Assembly: GCA_039630345.1 (NCBI GenBank)
Contig: JBCNVD010000011.1
Coordinates: 1-48,171 of the forward strand
DNA length: 48,171 nucleotides
Direction of reading: 5' to 3'
Source of the DNA: Aquificaceae bacterium
Lineage (GTDB): Bacteria; Aquificota; Aquificia; Aquificales; Aquificaceae
The position numbers and the translations under genes are program-made. Positions 38,248-46,383 of the stretch are shown in pieces. The notes beneath the pieces are model-generated. The model had not been told where the DNA came from, did not search any database, and worked only from the letters and a program-made list of their open reading frames with translations. Positions within the stretch are counted from its first letter, which is position 1. Each line of letters begins with the position of its first letter.

Positions 38248-38819
38248 CTTACCATTTCCTTTACTTTTGAGAGTAACTGATTACCAAGAATGCTAAATGT
38301 TTCTCTTATGCCCCTTCCGGTTACTGCGCTAGCTCCAATAGAGGGCAGAGAGTCAATATTGACTTCTTTGTTGAGCCTATCTTCACTCAAGGCATTGGGA
38401 AGGTCTAACTTATTAAACTGCATTATGATGCTGACTTGCGAAAAGCTTTTTCCAACTTTTGGCAATTCTTCTTTGAGTTTTTTGTAAAAGTCTATATTTT
38501 CCTGAAGTCTCTCTTCCTGAGAATCAACCACAAATACAATCCCGTCTACACCTTTTAATACGGTTAACCTTATATCAGTATATATATCTTGTCCCGGGAT
38601 AGTATATAGGGCAAATGATGCCATGAGGTTTTCGTTTACCTTGACTTTTTTGCTACTAAAATCAAAAACCAGCGTCCTGTCGCCTTTGGTATCTATTTTG
38701 GTCATGTTAAGACCTTCGAGCTCAGAGAGTTTCTCCAGGTTTGCGGTTTTACCGGACTTTGGTATGCCATAGTAAACTATCTTAAACCTTACTATTCCCT
38801 TCTCCAGGTCCAAAAGCAT
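38244..38819 (-). CDS. mglA: MglA-family small Ras-like GTPase
   Basis: Start refined to MLLDLEKG (SD GGAGG); KIVYYGIPKSGKTANL, DRTLVFDF, LYTIPGQ, VLKGVDGIVFVVDSQ, QFNKLDLP, ASAV.G.G. Confidence 0.88.
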   Translation of the reverse strand: MLLDLEKGIVRFKIVYYGIPKSGKTANLEKLSELEGLNMTKIDTKGDRTLVFDFSSKKVKVNENLMASFALYTIPGQDIYTDIRLTVLKGVDGIVFVVDSQEERLQENIDFYKKLKEELPKVGKSFSQVSIIMQFNKLDLPNALSEDRLNKEVNIDSLPSIGASAVTGRGIRETFSILGNQLLSKVKEMVR

Positions 38820-39885
38820 TTTCTCCCCTCCTAAGGGAAATTGTATCCCACGAAAGACAACTTTCACAAAAAGGCCTATAGAAATTATACTCCCTGCCAC
38901 ATCTACAGATAAATGGTTTTATGCCCTCTAGAATATACTTCAGGCATAGCGCATCGCTATCTTTGTGAGAATTCGCAAGCGCTATGCAAAGACGCACCCT
39001 CTCGCTACAGTCTTGTGATAGTTCCTGAGCCTTTGAGGGCATGTGGAGCTTTATATAAGCAAGCGCGAGAGCTTCCGGTGTGGCATTCAGATGCCCGACA
39101 TCAACTAGCCCGGCCAAAACTCTTTGATTATCAAGATTGGAAAAAATCAGCCAGTCTCCAAACCCGGCGCTTGAGGCTTTCTCCACTATTTTCCTTAGTT
39201 CTTTTTCTTGTCCCTCGAGTCCAGCTTTACGAGCCTGGATTGCCATAATATAAGGACCCTCGGCATAAGCACTTGCACCGCTTAAAAAAATCTCATTTCC
39301 CGACTTCCAGAAACAATAAGCATATAAAAGCCCAAGGATTTCTCTTTGCGTTGATTTTTCCCACTTTTCACATATGTCAAATAGCTTTTTTTGAAACTCC
39401 AGAGATTCTTCCCAGCTCTCTCTTAAAGCTGATTCGTCTCTCAAGGCTTTTAAAGAGTTTATGGACATATCCTCTTGCTTTTTTAGCCTGTTTATAAGTG
39501 TCTTTACCTCCTGGTCTCTTGTATAGAGTCCTATCCTCGTCCTCAAGGCATCTCCTCTTTTGTCATCTACGCTCACTTTAAGCCCTTCACCTTTTGCAAG
39601 AATCTTGAGAGAAACCAAATCACCGCCTGCGGCGGTAGTAAGCTCCCCTCTCAAAAAACCCTCATCTATCTTGGAGATTCTTCTGAGTCTCTTTGAGATA
39701 ATACCCTGTTTTAGGCTAAAGTAAATACTTGGTAAACCAAAACCAACACCAAAAGACAGGAGCAACATCAAAAATAGAGGAACCTGATAGGTCAAATTAA
39801 GAATTTTCAGCTCTACATAGTTTGTATTCTGCGCAACAAAGACCAAAAATGCTATCAGGATGACTACGCTTAGTATGAATTTCAT
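38782..39885 (-). CDS. LapA-LapB-like fusion (LPS assembly protein)
   Basis: N-terminal LapA-like TM-AQN..YV....PL.L..L.SF..G; helical TPR-like middle; C-terminal rubredoxin-like FICRCG.......CESCLSWDTI. Confidence 0.7.
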   Translation of the reverse strand: MKFILSVVILIAFLVFVAQNTNYVELKILNLTYQVPLFLMLLLSFGVGFGLPSIYFSLKQGIISKRLRRISKIDEGFLRGELTTAAGGDLVSLKILAKGEGLKVSVDDKRGDALRTRIGLYTRDQEVKTLINRLKKQEDMSINSLKALRDESALRESWEESLEFQKKLFDICEKWEKSTQREILGLLYAYCFWKSGNEIFLSGASAYAEGPYIMAIQARKAGLEGQEKELRKIVEKASSAGFGDWLIFSNLDNQRVLAGLVDVGHLNATPEALALAYIKLHMPSKAQELSQDCSERVRLCIALANSHKDSDALCLKYILEGIKPFICRCGREYNFYRPFCESCLSWDTISLRRGENAFGPGEGNSKV

Positions 39886-40214
39886 ACAGCTATCCTCTGG
39901 GCGTTAAGGTATAACCACTCAAGGTCGTAGTATTCTCTTACTTCTTTGAGAAATATATGGACTAATATATATATGTAGTCTATAAGTATCCAGTTGCAGT
40001 CTCTTTCTCCTTCTATATGGTGAGGTTTTTGCTCTATTCGCTCCTTTAAGTATTCGAGGAGAGCTTTTGCATGAACTTTTGAGCTGGCAGTTGCTATTAC
40101 AAAGTAATCCGCTATATTAGTGTGCTGTCTTACATCCAAGATTGAGACATCTGTTGCTTTTTTATCCTCTAATAAGTCCTTGATTTGTTTCAGGATGAGT
40201 TTATCTTCCAGCAT
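39882..40214 (-). CDS. rsfS: Ribosome silencing factor RsfS (Iojap)
   Basis: EDKKA.D...LDV, ADYFVIATA.S..H, EG....WILIDY....VHIF....R.YYDLE.L. Confidence 0.95.
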   Translation of the reverse strand: MLEDKLILKQIKDLLEDKKATDVSILDVRQHTNIADYFVIATASSKVHAKALLEYLKERIEQKPHHIEGERDCNWILIDYIYILVHIFLKEVREYYDLEWLYLNAQRIAV

Positions 40215-41088
40215 ACCTCAAAAGTTGTCTATAAAAGCTATTCTCTCCAAAGGTTTCTCTATAGTTTTGCATCTGTTTAAGTCCCTCTTGACGGAGCTCT
40301 TTTTCTTTTTCTTCCCATCTTTTCATTTCTGATTTTAGAACTTCTATTCTTCTCTGTATTGCCTCTTTGTCTTCAGCCCTTGCGTCTTTTAAACTGTTCT
40401 GGGCTTCCTGAATGAGTCTTTCGAGCCTGAGTTTTTGACGCTTTATTTGCTCTCCTGATAGAAGCAGGGATTTTATGTATCTGAATAATACTTCCTGCGC
40501 TTGAATCTCCTCCGGGAATTCTGTAAGCAGGGTTTTGTATCTTTGCGAAGCTGAATAATAGTATCCATAATCTTCATAAAATCTGGCTATTAAGTATTCA
40601 TGTCTTGCTACCTTTGTTTTGGCACGGTTTACGATTTCCAAGACTCTGTCTGTTTGGTCGCTTCCTGGATATTTTAATAAAAATTCTCTGGCTTTTTCTA
40701 TAGCTTTTAGCGTGTATGTTTGATCCCTGTGTGAATCCGGGGCTACTCTGAAGTAGCTATCTATTAAATTTGCAAATACTCTTTGAGATTCCGGGCTGTT
40801 TGGATAGTTTACGAGAAAGTCTTCAGAGTAAACAACAGCCTGAACAAAATCCCTGCTTCTATAGAAACTATCTGCCAGTACAAATCGGGCGTTTTTAATC
40901 TCTTCTGGAGTTAGCGTATCTATTAACTTAAGCGCTTCAAGCATGTTAGAAGAAGCAGCTCTAAAGTCCCCGCGGGCATACGCAGTCATACCGTCCTGAT
41001 AGTAACTCCTTCCTAACCTTTCACGCCTTTCCTCTGTTAATTTAGCGCACGAGACCAAAAGTAGCAAAAAAACGAGCCATTTATACAT
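40201..41088 (-). CDS. bamD: Outer membrane protein assembly factor BamD
   Basis: Lipobox LVSC, TPRs, FL.NYP.S, RDQTYT.KA, A.HEY.IARFY; long C-terminal coiled extension. Confidence 0.85.
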   Translation of the reverse strand: MYKWLVFLLLLVSCAKLTEERRERLGRSYYQDGMTAYARGDFRAASSNMLEALKLIDTLTPEEIKNARFVLADSFYRSRDFVQAVVYSEDFLVNYPNSPESQRVFANLIDSYFRVAPDSHRDQTYTLKAIEKAREFLLKYPGSDQTDRVLEIVNRAKTKVARHEYLIARFYEDYGYYYSASQRYKTLLTEFPEEIQAQEVLFRYIKSLLLSGEQIKRQKLRLERLIQEAQNSLKDARAEDKEAIQRRIEVLKSEMKRWEEKEKELRQEGLKQMQNYRETFGENSFYRQLLRYAGR

Positions 41089-42439
41089 AGTTGATATTGT
41101 AAGAGTTAATGTCTAAATTCTCATTTTCAACTATGTTGACTTTGTTAAAACCAATCTTCTCAATTGCTTTAGAAGTCTCCTCTTTTCTCTCTGGGGGAAT
41201 CTGGAGTTCCAGCTCGCTAAAAGAAGAACTTCTTATTTCAGTTTGGATTTCAAATGTGTATAAACTTGTTCTTTTTACCTTTCCGCTACCTTTGCATACT
41301 TTGCAGTTTTCTGATAAAAGCTGAGATAGGCTGGCAGAAGTGCGCTTTTTTACAATTTCTAAAATTCCAAGACTTGTAAATCCCAGTATATTTACATGAC
41401 AACGGTAGTCTTTAAATAGTTTAGAAAGCTCTGATATGACTCTATTTTTGCTCTCTCGCTTTTTCATATCTATAAAATCTATTAATATTATACCACCTAT
41501 GTCTCTTAGCTGGATTTGACGAACTATTTCCTGAGCTGCTTCCAAATTCGTAATTATGGCGTTCTCTTCGTGAGAGCTCCCCTGCGGGTCTCCGCTGTTT
41601 ACATCTATGACTGTGAAAGCTTTTGTTTCTTCAATGGTTATATATCCACCGCTTTTTAGCCAGATAACTTCAGATATCAGGCTTCTTAAGACATTTCCAA
41701 GGTCGTAGCGTGCAAAATAAGGATGAGTGTCTTTTACAAAGGTGTTTCTCTTTAAAAGTTGCGGGTGGAATTCTTCCAGAAAAGAAGATACCCTGTGCCA
41801 GATATTGACATTATCGCAAACTATTTCAGATATTTCATGCCAGTGCTCTTTGAGTAAAGCCAAATAATTTGGCAGTTCTTCCAGGATAATTTGAGGTTTT
41901 TTCAGATATCTTGCTCTCGAGTGGGTGTTTTGCCATAGTTGCTGGAGCTTTTGTAAATCCTCGATTAGTTCCTGCTGTGATGCGAGTTTTGCACACGAGC
42001 GAACCAGCACGCCGTCTTTTTCAAGAAGTTTTTCGAACATATTGTGAAATTTTGAGCACTCTTCTTTGTCTATACGGGAAGAGCAGGAAATTTTTTTCTG
42101 GTTTGGCATGTATATTAAAAACTTACCCTTTAGTTTTATTTTACTGCTGAGTTTTGCCCCCTTTTCGTCTTCTGGTTCGCGAACCATCTGAACAATTATG
42201 CTGTCGCCGACCTTTAAGCTCTCACTCTTTTGTGGCAAGAAAGCATCCTTGTCAAGACCTATATCGATAAAGGCTCCTTCCATGCCTTTGACTATTCTCT
42301 TGACTTTGCCTTTAAAGACGGTATTTAATAAAACTGGTCTTTGTGGGAAGTCAACCTTTATTTTTGATATTAACTCGTTTGAAATCAGGAAGCTAAAGCA
42401 TATCTCGTCATTGCAAAAAATCAGCAGCTTAGCCTGCAT
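41081..42439 (-). CDS. rng: Ribonuclease G (Rne/Rng family)
   Basis: S1 domain (KGKV.RIV.GM.GAFIDIG), L.SGGYI.IEET.A.TVIDVNSG, TNLEAA.EI.RQ..LRDIGGII.IDFIDM, CxxCxGxG. Confidence 0.93.
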   Translation of the reverse strand: MQAKLLIFCNDEICFSFLISNELISKIKVDFPQRPVLLNTVFKGKVKRIVKGMEGAFIDIGLDKDAFLPQKSESLKVGDSIIVQMVREPEDEKGAKLSSKIKLKGKFLIYMPNQKKISCSSRIDKEECSKFHNMFEKLLEKDGVLVRSCAKLASQQELIEDLQKLQQLWQNTHSRARYLKKPQIILEELPNYLALLKEHWHEISEIVCDNVNIWHRVSSFLEEFHPQLLKRNTFVKDTHPYFARYDLGNVLRSLISEVIWLKSGGYITIEETKAFTVIDVNSGDPQGSSHEENAIITNLEAAQEIVRQIQLRDIGGIILIDFIDMKKRESKNRVISELSKLFKDYRCHVNILGFTSLGILEIVKKRTSASLSQLLSENCKVCKGSGKVKRTSLYTFEIQTEIRSSSFSELELQIPPERKEETSKAIEKIGFNKVNIVENENLDINSYNINYV

Positions 42440-42444
42440 AGTTG

Positions 42445-45234
42445 TTATGATAATTCATTAAGCTCTGAATCTATGAGATTTTTGATTACTTCTTTTTCAA
42501 GTGGCGAGCTTGCCTTGGATGCTATGCTATCATAGAGCAAAGACCTCAGGTCTTTGAATTTTCCCAGTCTCCTTGCACAGCGCATGCTGTCTCTTATTGA
42601 GAAGATTAACTGTACTGGTTCTTCTGATTGTTGAGACTGATATGCTCTATGTGCTTTTCTCAGTGCTGTTGCCACTTTTAAGATGGCAAAAAGCTCATAA
42701 ACTCTCTCTTCCTGCTCTTTGCTAAAGCTTAAGCCAAGATCTATCTGGTTAATCTTTGAGTGCCATAGCTTTACAAATTCCATGTCGCTAAGGCTACTTA
42801 GCTCTTTGACATTTAACCTCATTATCATCGCCTCATCAGGGGCATAAAGTCCTTCGCTTTCAAAAGGCGGATAGTCCATAAAGACTATGTCGGCTCTTGA
42901 TTTTACATCCTGCGGGAGTTCTGAAACGCCAAGATAATTTTGCGGGTTCATTCCACCGGTCAGGATAACCTCTGGATGGGCCTTGAAAACCTCACCTGTG
43001 GGCAGGCTTATGCTCCTTCGATAGTCAAAGAGCGGGTTAAACATCTTTATAACAGAGTGAGGAAGAGTGTTTATTTCGTCAAAATAAATAACTGCCCCTG
43101 GCGTTTTTAGAGCTTTGATGAGCTCTGAATATACTCTTTTTGTGCCTCTTTTTGGGTCAAATTCATATAAAAATGTTACATCTTCGCGCTCCATCTTTCC
43201 ACTGCAGGGAATTATGAAAAGCGGTCTATTTGTCAAAGAGCAAAACGCTTCTATCAGGAAGTTTTTTCCAACCCCTGCATCCCCTTCAAGGATTATTATT
43301 CCATCTTTGTATTCGAGCTGTTCGTTAACGAGCTTTACAAACCTCTCTAAATTAAAAACAAACCAGGGGGTTTCAACAAAGCGAATTTCAGGCGCTTTGG
43401 GCACATCTCCATATCCCATAAGCCCATTCAGATGCCTTAGATAAGACTTTAAAAGGCGAGATTTTGATGCTTCTGAAAGTTCGAAAATATTTGAAAAGCG
43501 CCTTGGTTCTAATATCTTCCCATCCTGACGCTCAAAAGCTATTTTTACATAGACTTTATCCGAGACTCTTATATGTTCCTGAAAAGATATTTTCCATCTT
43601 AGTTTCTGTGGAGCTAAATTTAATAGTTTCGTGCTTTCCTGACCAAAGTAGATTTTTTCCCCCTCTTTTTTTATTCTATAGAGTTCGAATCTTGAGTTTA
43701 TCAGTCTTTCCTGAATTATTCTTTGAAGCTCTTTCAGAGCGTCTTGCTGGAGCTCTTTTGGCAATGTATTAGCAAATTCCCTCAGGGATTTTACCTCTTC
43801 CAGGGCTTCTATTTGCCTTTGTTCGCTAAAGATATTTAAACTTATGGCTCTTTTAGCATCTTGAAGCTTTTGCTCAAGTTTACTGCGAAGGTATGAAAGC
43901 GCCTTCTCTTTCAGCGCCCGAAGGGCGCTGGCTTGTTCTTGACTAAGATTTTCTTTTTGTAAGGTGTTAATCATTGATAGATCCTGCGCTGAAAGCGCGT
44001 TTGAGTTTATTAAAGATTCTATTTTTTGTCTGATGAGTTGTATACGAGCGTCCTGAATTAAAGAGTTTGCCTCCAGTATGAGTTTTCTTACCTCTCTTAT
44101 AGGCAGGTCTATAGAGGTTAGTTTTTTATATTCTTCTATCTCTGCTGGTTCTTGCAGGTTGTTTTTTAGTTTTTGCTTAAATGACTTGAGAGTTTGCTGG
44201 GCGTTTTTTATCACATTACTGAGACGCTCGTTGCCGTAGGCAAACTCAGGCAAGTTAGTGCTTAGCGATAGCACAGGATATAGACTCTTTTCGTCAAGTT
44301 TTTCAACTCCAGATGTGTAGATTGTTCCATCCTGTGATACTCTTACAACAGAGTAGCCAAAGCCTTCGAGAGTTCCTATTATGCTCAGGTTTTCCAAATC
44401 CAAAAAGCACAAAAGCGCCCTTTTGCTATCTGCAAGCACAAGAAGGTTCTCATCCGGCGATAAATCCATTGCTGATGGCTCAACAGGGAGTTCCAATTCT
44501 GAAAGTTTTGATAGCTCTTTGTCGTAGATTTTTAGCTTTGAGCCACTTGCAGCAATTAGCTTTGAGTTTTTATAAATAACTGCCTTTGCAACAGGTTCTT
44601 GAACTGCTTTAAGACACTTTCCGCTAAGATCGTAAATGCCAAGGGCTTCTGTGCCTGAGAGGATGATATTTGATTTTTGCAGGATGATTTTTTTAAGTTG
44701 ACCTATGTTGCTAAAGCTAAAGCTTGCGACGAAGTTTACATTCCCACCTTCAAAGACTTCACTCAGGTCAATAACCTGAATTCTGTCCCCTACCACCCCG
44801 TATGCAAGGAGGTTGCCATCTATGTCAAGTCCGGAGGACGCTCTTAGCCCTTCTTGAGTTGTGCGAAAGCTTTCCCAGCTTTGGGGGTTTAGTCTGTCTC
44901 TTACTTTGTAAACTACAAGATAAGGTGGGGTCAAAAGGGCAAGGTGCTGGTTTTTAAAGACTGCATCGGTTATTACCTGAGATGGCGGTCTTGAGGGCAG
45001 GCGATGGAGTTTGCCATCCCAGCTATATAGCTGGATAACCCCGTGGCGCCTACCAACAACAAGCCAAAAGCCATCACTTGATACCTCAAGCGTCTCTATC
45101 CAGAACTCGTCTATACGACCATCGGGGTCTTTTTCAAGGCTTTCGCGATTGAGGACTAGATCGCTACCTTTGTATGGAAAGGCTAGCTTCTCTTCTTTTG
45201 ATTTGCTACCTATGAGCTTTTTCAAAAACTTCAT
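42445..45234 (-). CDS. Large protein: N-terminal beta-propeller (WD40-like), helical middle, C-terminal AAA+ ATPase (MoxR/CbbQ/dynein-related)
   Basis: Blade-like units (VSSDGFWLVVG, LDIDGNLLAYG, MDLSPDENLLVLA, VRVSQDGTIY); Walker A GDAGVGKN, Walker B VIYFDEIN, AHP...GGMNP..Y.G..ELP..VKSR, FSIRD. Confidence 0.8.
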   Translation of the reverse strand: MKFLKKLIGSKSKEEKLAFPYKGSDLVLNRESLEKDPDGRIDEFWIETLEVSSDGFWLVVGRRHGVIQLYSWDGKLHRLPSRPPSQVITDAVFKNQHLALLTPPYLVVYKVRDRLNPQSWESFRTTQEGLRASSGLDIDGNLLAYGVVGDRIQVIDLSEVFEGGNVNFVASFSFSNIGQLKKIILQKSNIILSGTEALGIYDLSGKCLKAVQEPVAKAVIYKNSKLIAASGSKLKIYDKELSKLSELELPVEPSAMDLSPDENLLVLADSKRALLCFLDLENLSIIGTLEGFGYSVVRVSQDGTIYTSGVEKLDEKSLYPVLSLSTNLPEFAYGNERLSNVIKNAQQTLKSFKQKLKNNLQEPAEIEEYKKLTSIDLPIREVRKLILEANSLIQDARIQLIRQKIESLINSNALSAQDLSMINTLQKENLSQEQASALRALKEKALSYLRSKLEQKLQDAKRAISLNIFSEQRQIEALEEVKSLREFANTLPKELQQDALKELQRIIQERLINSRFELYRIKKEGEKIYFGQESTKLLNLAPQKLRWKISFQEHIRVSDKVYVKIAFERQDGKILEPRRFSNIFELSEASKSRLLKSYLRHLNGLMGYGDVPKAPEIRFVETPWFVFNLERFVKLVNEQLEYKDGIIILEGDAGVGKNFLIEAFCSLTNRPLFIIPCSGKMEREDVTFLYEFDPKRGTKRVYSELIKALKTPGAVIYFDEINTLPHSVIKMFNPLFDYRRSISLPTGEVFKAHPEVILTGGMNPQNYLGVSELPQDVKSRADIVFMDYPPFESEGLYAPDEAMIMRLNVKELSSLSDMEFVKLWHSKINQIDLGLSFSKEQEERVYELFAILKVATALRKAHRAYQSQQSEEPVQLIFSIRDSMRCARRLGKFKDLRSLLYDSIASKASSPLEKEVIKNLIDSELNELS

Positions 45235-45236
45235 CT

Positions 45237-45500
45237 TTAGATCCTGGTGAGTCTACTTGCTATTGAATAGCTTACAAAGGCGCTAAATATCGCGACCATA
45301 ATCAGTAGAGTAAAGAGCTTAATTATTTGAGATAGAGTGTGTATTTTAAATAAACTCCCTATAACGATAAGTCCAACCGCCAGCACATCGGCTTTGGTTA
45401 TTGCGTGCATTGCTACAAATGTGTCTTTAAATCTTACAAGACCTATTGCACTTATTAAAAGCGCCAGAGCGCTAAGTAAACTGAAAATTTCAGCTATCAC
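45237..45500 (-). CDS. mnhG: Mrp/Mnh antiporter subunit G
   Basis: AIGLVRF.D.F..MHA.TKAD.L motif; 3 TM. Confidence 0.85.
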   Translation of the reverse strand: MIAEIFSLLSALALLISAIGLVRFKDTFVAMHAITKADVLAVGLIVIGSLFKIHTLSQIIKLFTLLIMVAIFSAFVSYSIASRLTRI

Positions 45501-45741
45501 GGTTCAAAAATATAGCGCTAAATACCAGTCCTGCCAAGCCTGTTAGGAGAGACACAGATAGTGCTATATCAAGGGCATAACCCTTCTGACTATGTGAGAA
45601 ATCACTCAGCAAGAAAACGATGATAGCACTTGAATAAAAAACCAAGAGCAAAAGACCGTCTACTGGACTTGCCCTTCTTATTAACCTAAGAGAAGCAATC
45701 AAAATAGCTAGCAATATTATTATCTGGGTGATTTCCTTCAG
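45490..45741 (-). CDS. mnhF: Mrp/Mnh antiporter subunit F (possible CTG start at 45741; ORF track TTG 45714)
   Basis: RL.R..S.VD, LDIAL...LL; 3 TM; lies between mnhE and mnhG. Confidence 0.7.
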   Translation of the reverse strand: MKEITQIIILLAILIASLRLIRRASPVDGLLLLVFYSSAIIVFLLSDFSHSQKGYALDIALSVSLLTGLAGLVFSAIFLNRDS

Positions 45742-46163
45742 CTTAGCACCCTCTGAAAGAGGATTTCCATCTTTCTTATGGATTTTTTGTTAATACCTTT
45801 AAGGTTTATTGTGTGAATTAGAATCTCCTGACCCTGGAGCTTTACGCTCATCGTCCCGGGTGTTAGGGTTATAAAAACCGCAAGAGGCTTTAAGGCGAAT
45901 TTATTTCTCACCCTGTATTTTACAAATCCCGGGTCTACCTTTCCGGTTATTATCCTGACAAATACATCCAGCCCGGCAATCAGTGCTTCTTTTACAAAGA
46001 CGGGTATGAAAATAGCAAGATTGACTAGGTTAAGTCTCCTTATGTAAAAGCCTGAGAGACTGAATGTCAAAAATAGGGCAACTATCCCCATTATGATTGA
46101 TTTTGGTTCCAGGGAGGTTAGAAAGAGCCAAAGTATAAAAAGTGTTAAAAATCTAACTATCAT
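45738..46163 (-). CDS. mnhE: Mrp/Mnh antiporter subunit E
   Basis: Start refined to MIVRFLTLFILWLFLT; PGFV, ITLTPGT.S, L.H motifs. Confidence 0.87.
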   Translation of the reverse strand: MIVRFLTLFILWLFLTSLEPKSIIMGIVALFLTFSLSGFYIRRLNLVNLAIFIPVFVKEALIAGLDVFVRIITGKVDPGFVKYRVRNKFALKPLAVFITLTPGTMSVKLQGQEILIHTINLKGINKKSIRKMEILFQRVLS

Positions 46164-46166
46164 CGT

Positions 46167-46184
46167 GTGATATGATGATATCAC
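46167..46184. promoter_or_regulatory. Palindromic candidate bidirectional promoter core between mnhE and rpmF
   Basis: GTGATAT-GATG-ATATCAC; reads TGaTATGAT on + and TGaTATCAT on -, an extended -10-like element on both strands. Confidence 0.45.
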
Positions 46185-46200
46185 TTTTGTGGAGGAAAAC

Positions 46201-46383
46201 ATGGCTGTCCCAAAGCGTAAGACTTCAAGATGGAGAAGAGACCAGCGCAGGGCAAGTTCTTTTTTTAATTTAAAAGGTGCTGCCCTCACAAAGTGCCCAA
46301 ACTGTGGCGAGCTTGCGCTGCCTCATAGGGTATGTCCTTATTGTGGATATTATAGAGGGAGACAGGTGATAGAAAAGTCATGA
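46201..46383 (+). CDS. rpmF: 50S ribosomal protein L32
   Basis: MAVPKRKTSR.RRD.RR, CPNCG....PHRVCPYCGYY; SD GGAGG. Confidence 0.97.
   Translation: MAVPKRKTSRWRRDQRRASSFFNLKGAALTKCPNCGELALPHRVCPYCGYYRGRQVIEKS

Noticed and set aside
46167..46184. GTGA...TCAC palindrome as a CRP or Rex site
   Set aside because: Spacing is GTGA-N10-TCAC, not N6; better explained by back-to-back extended -10 elements.
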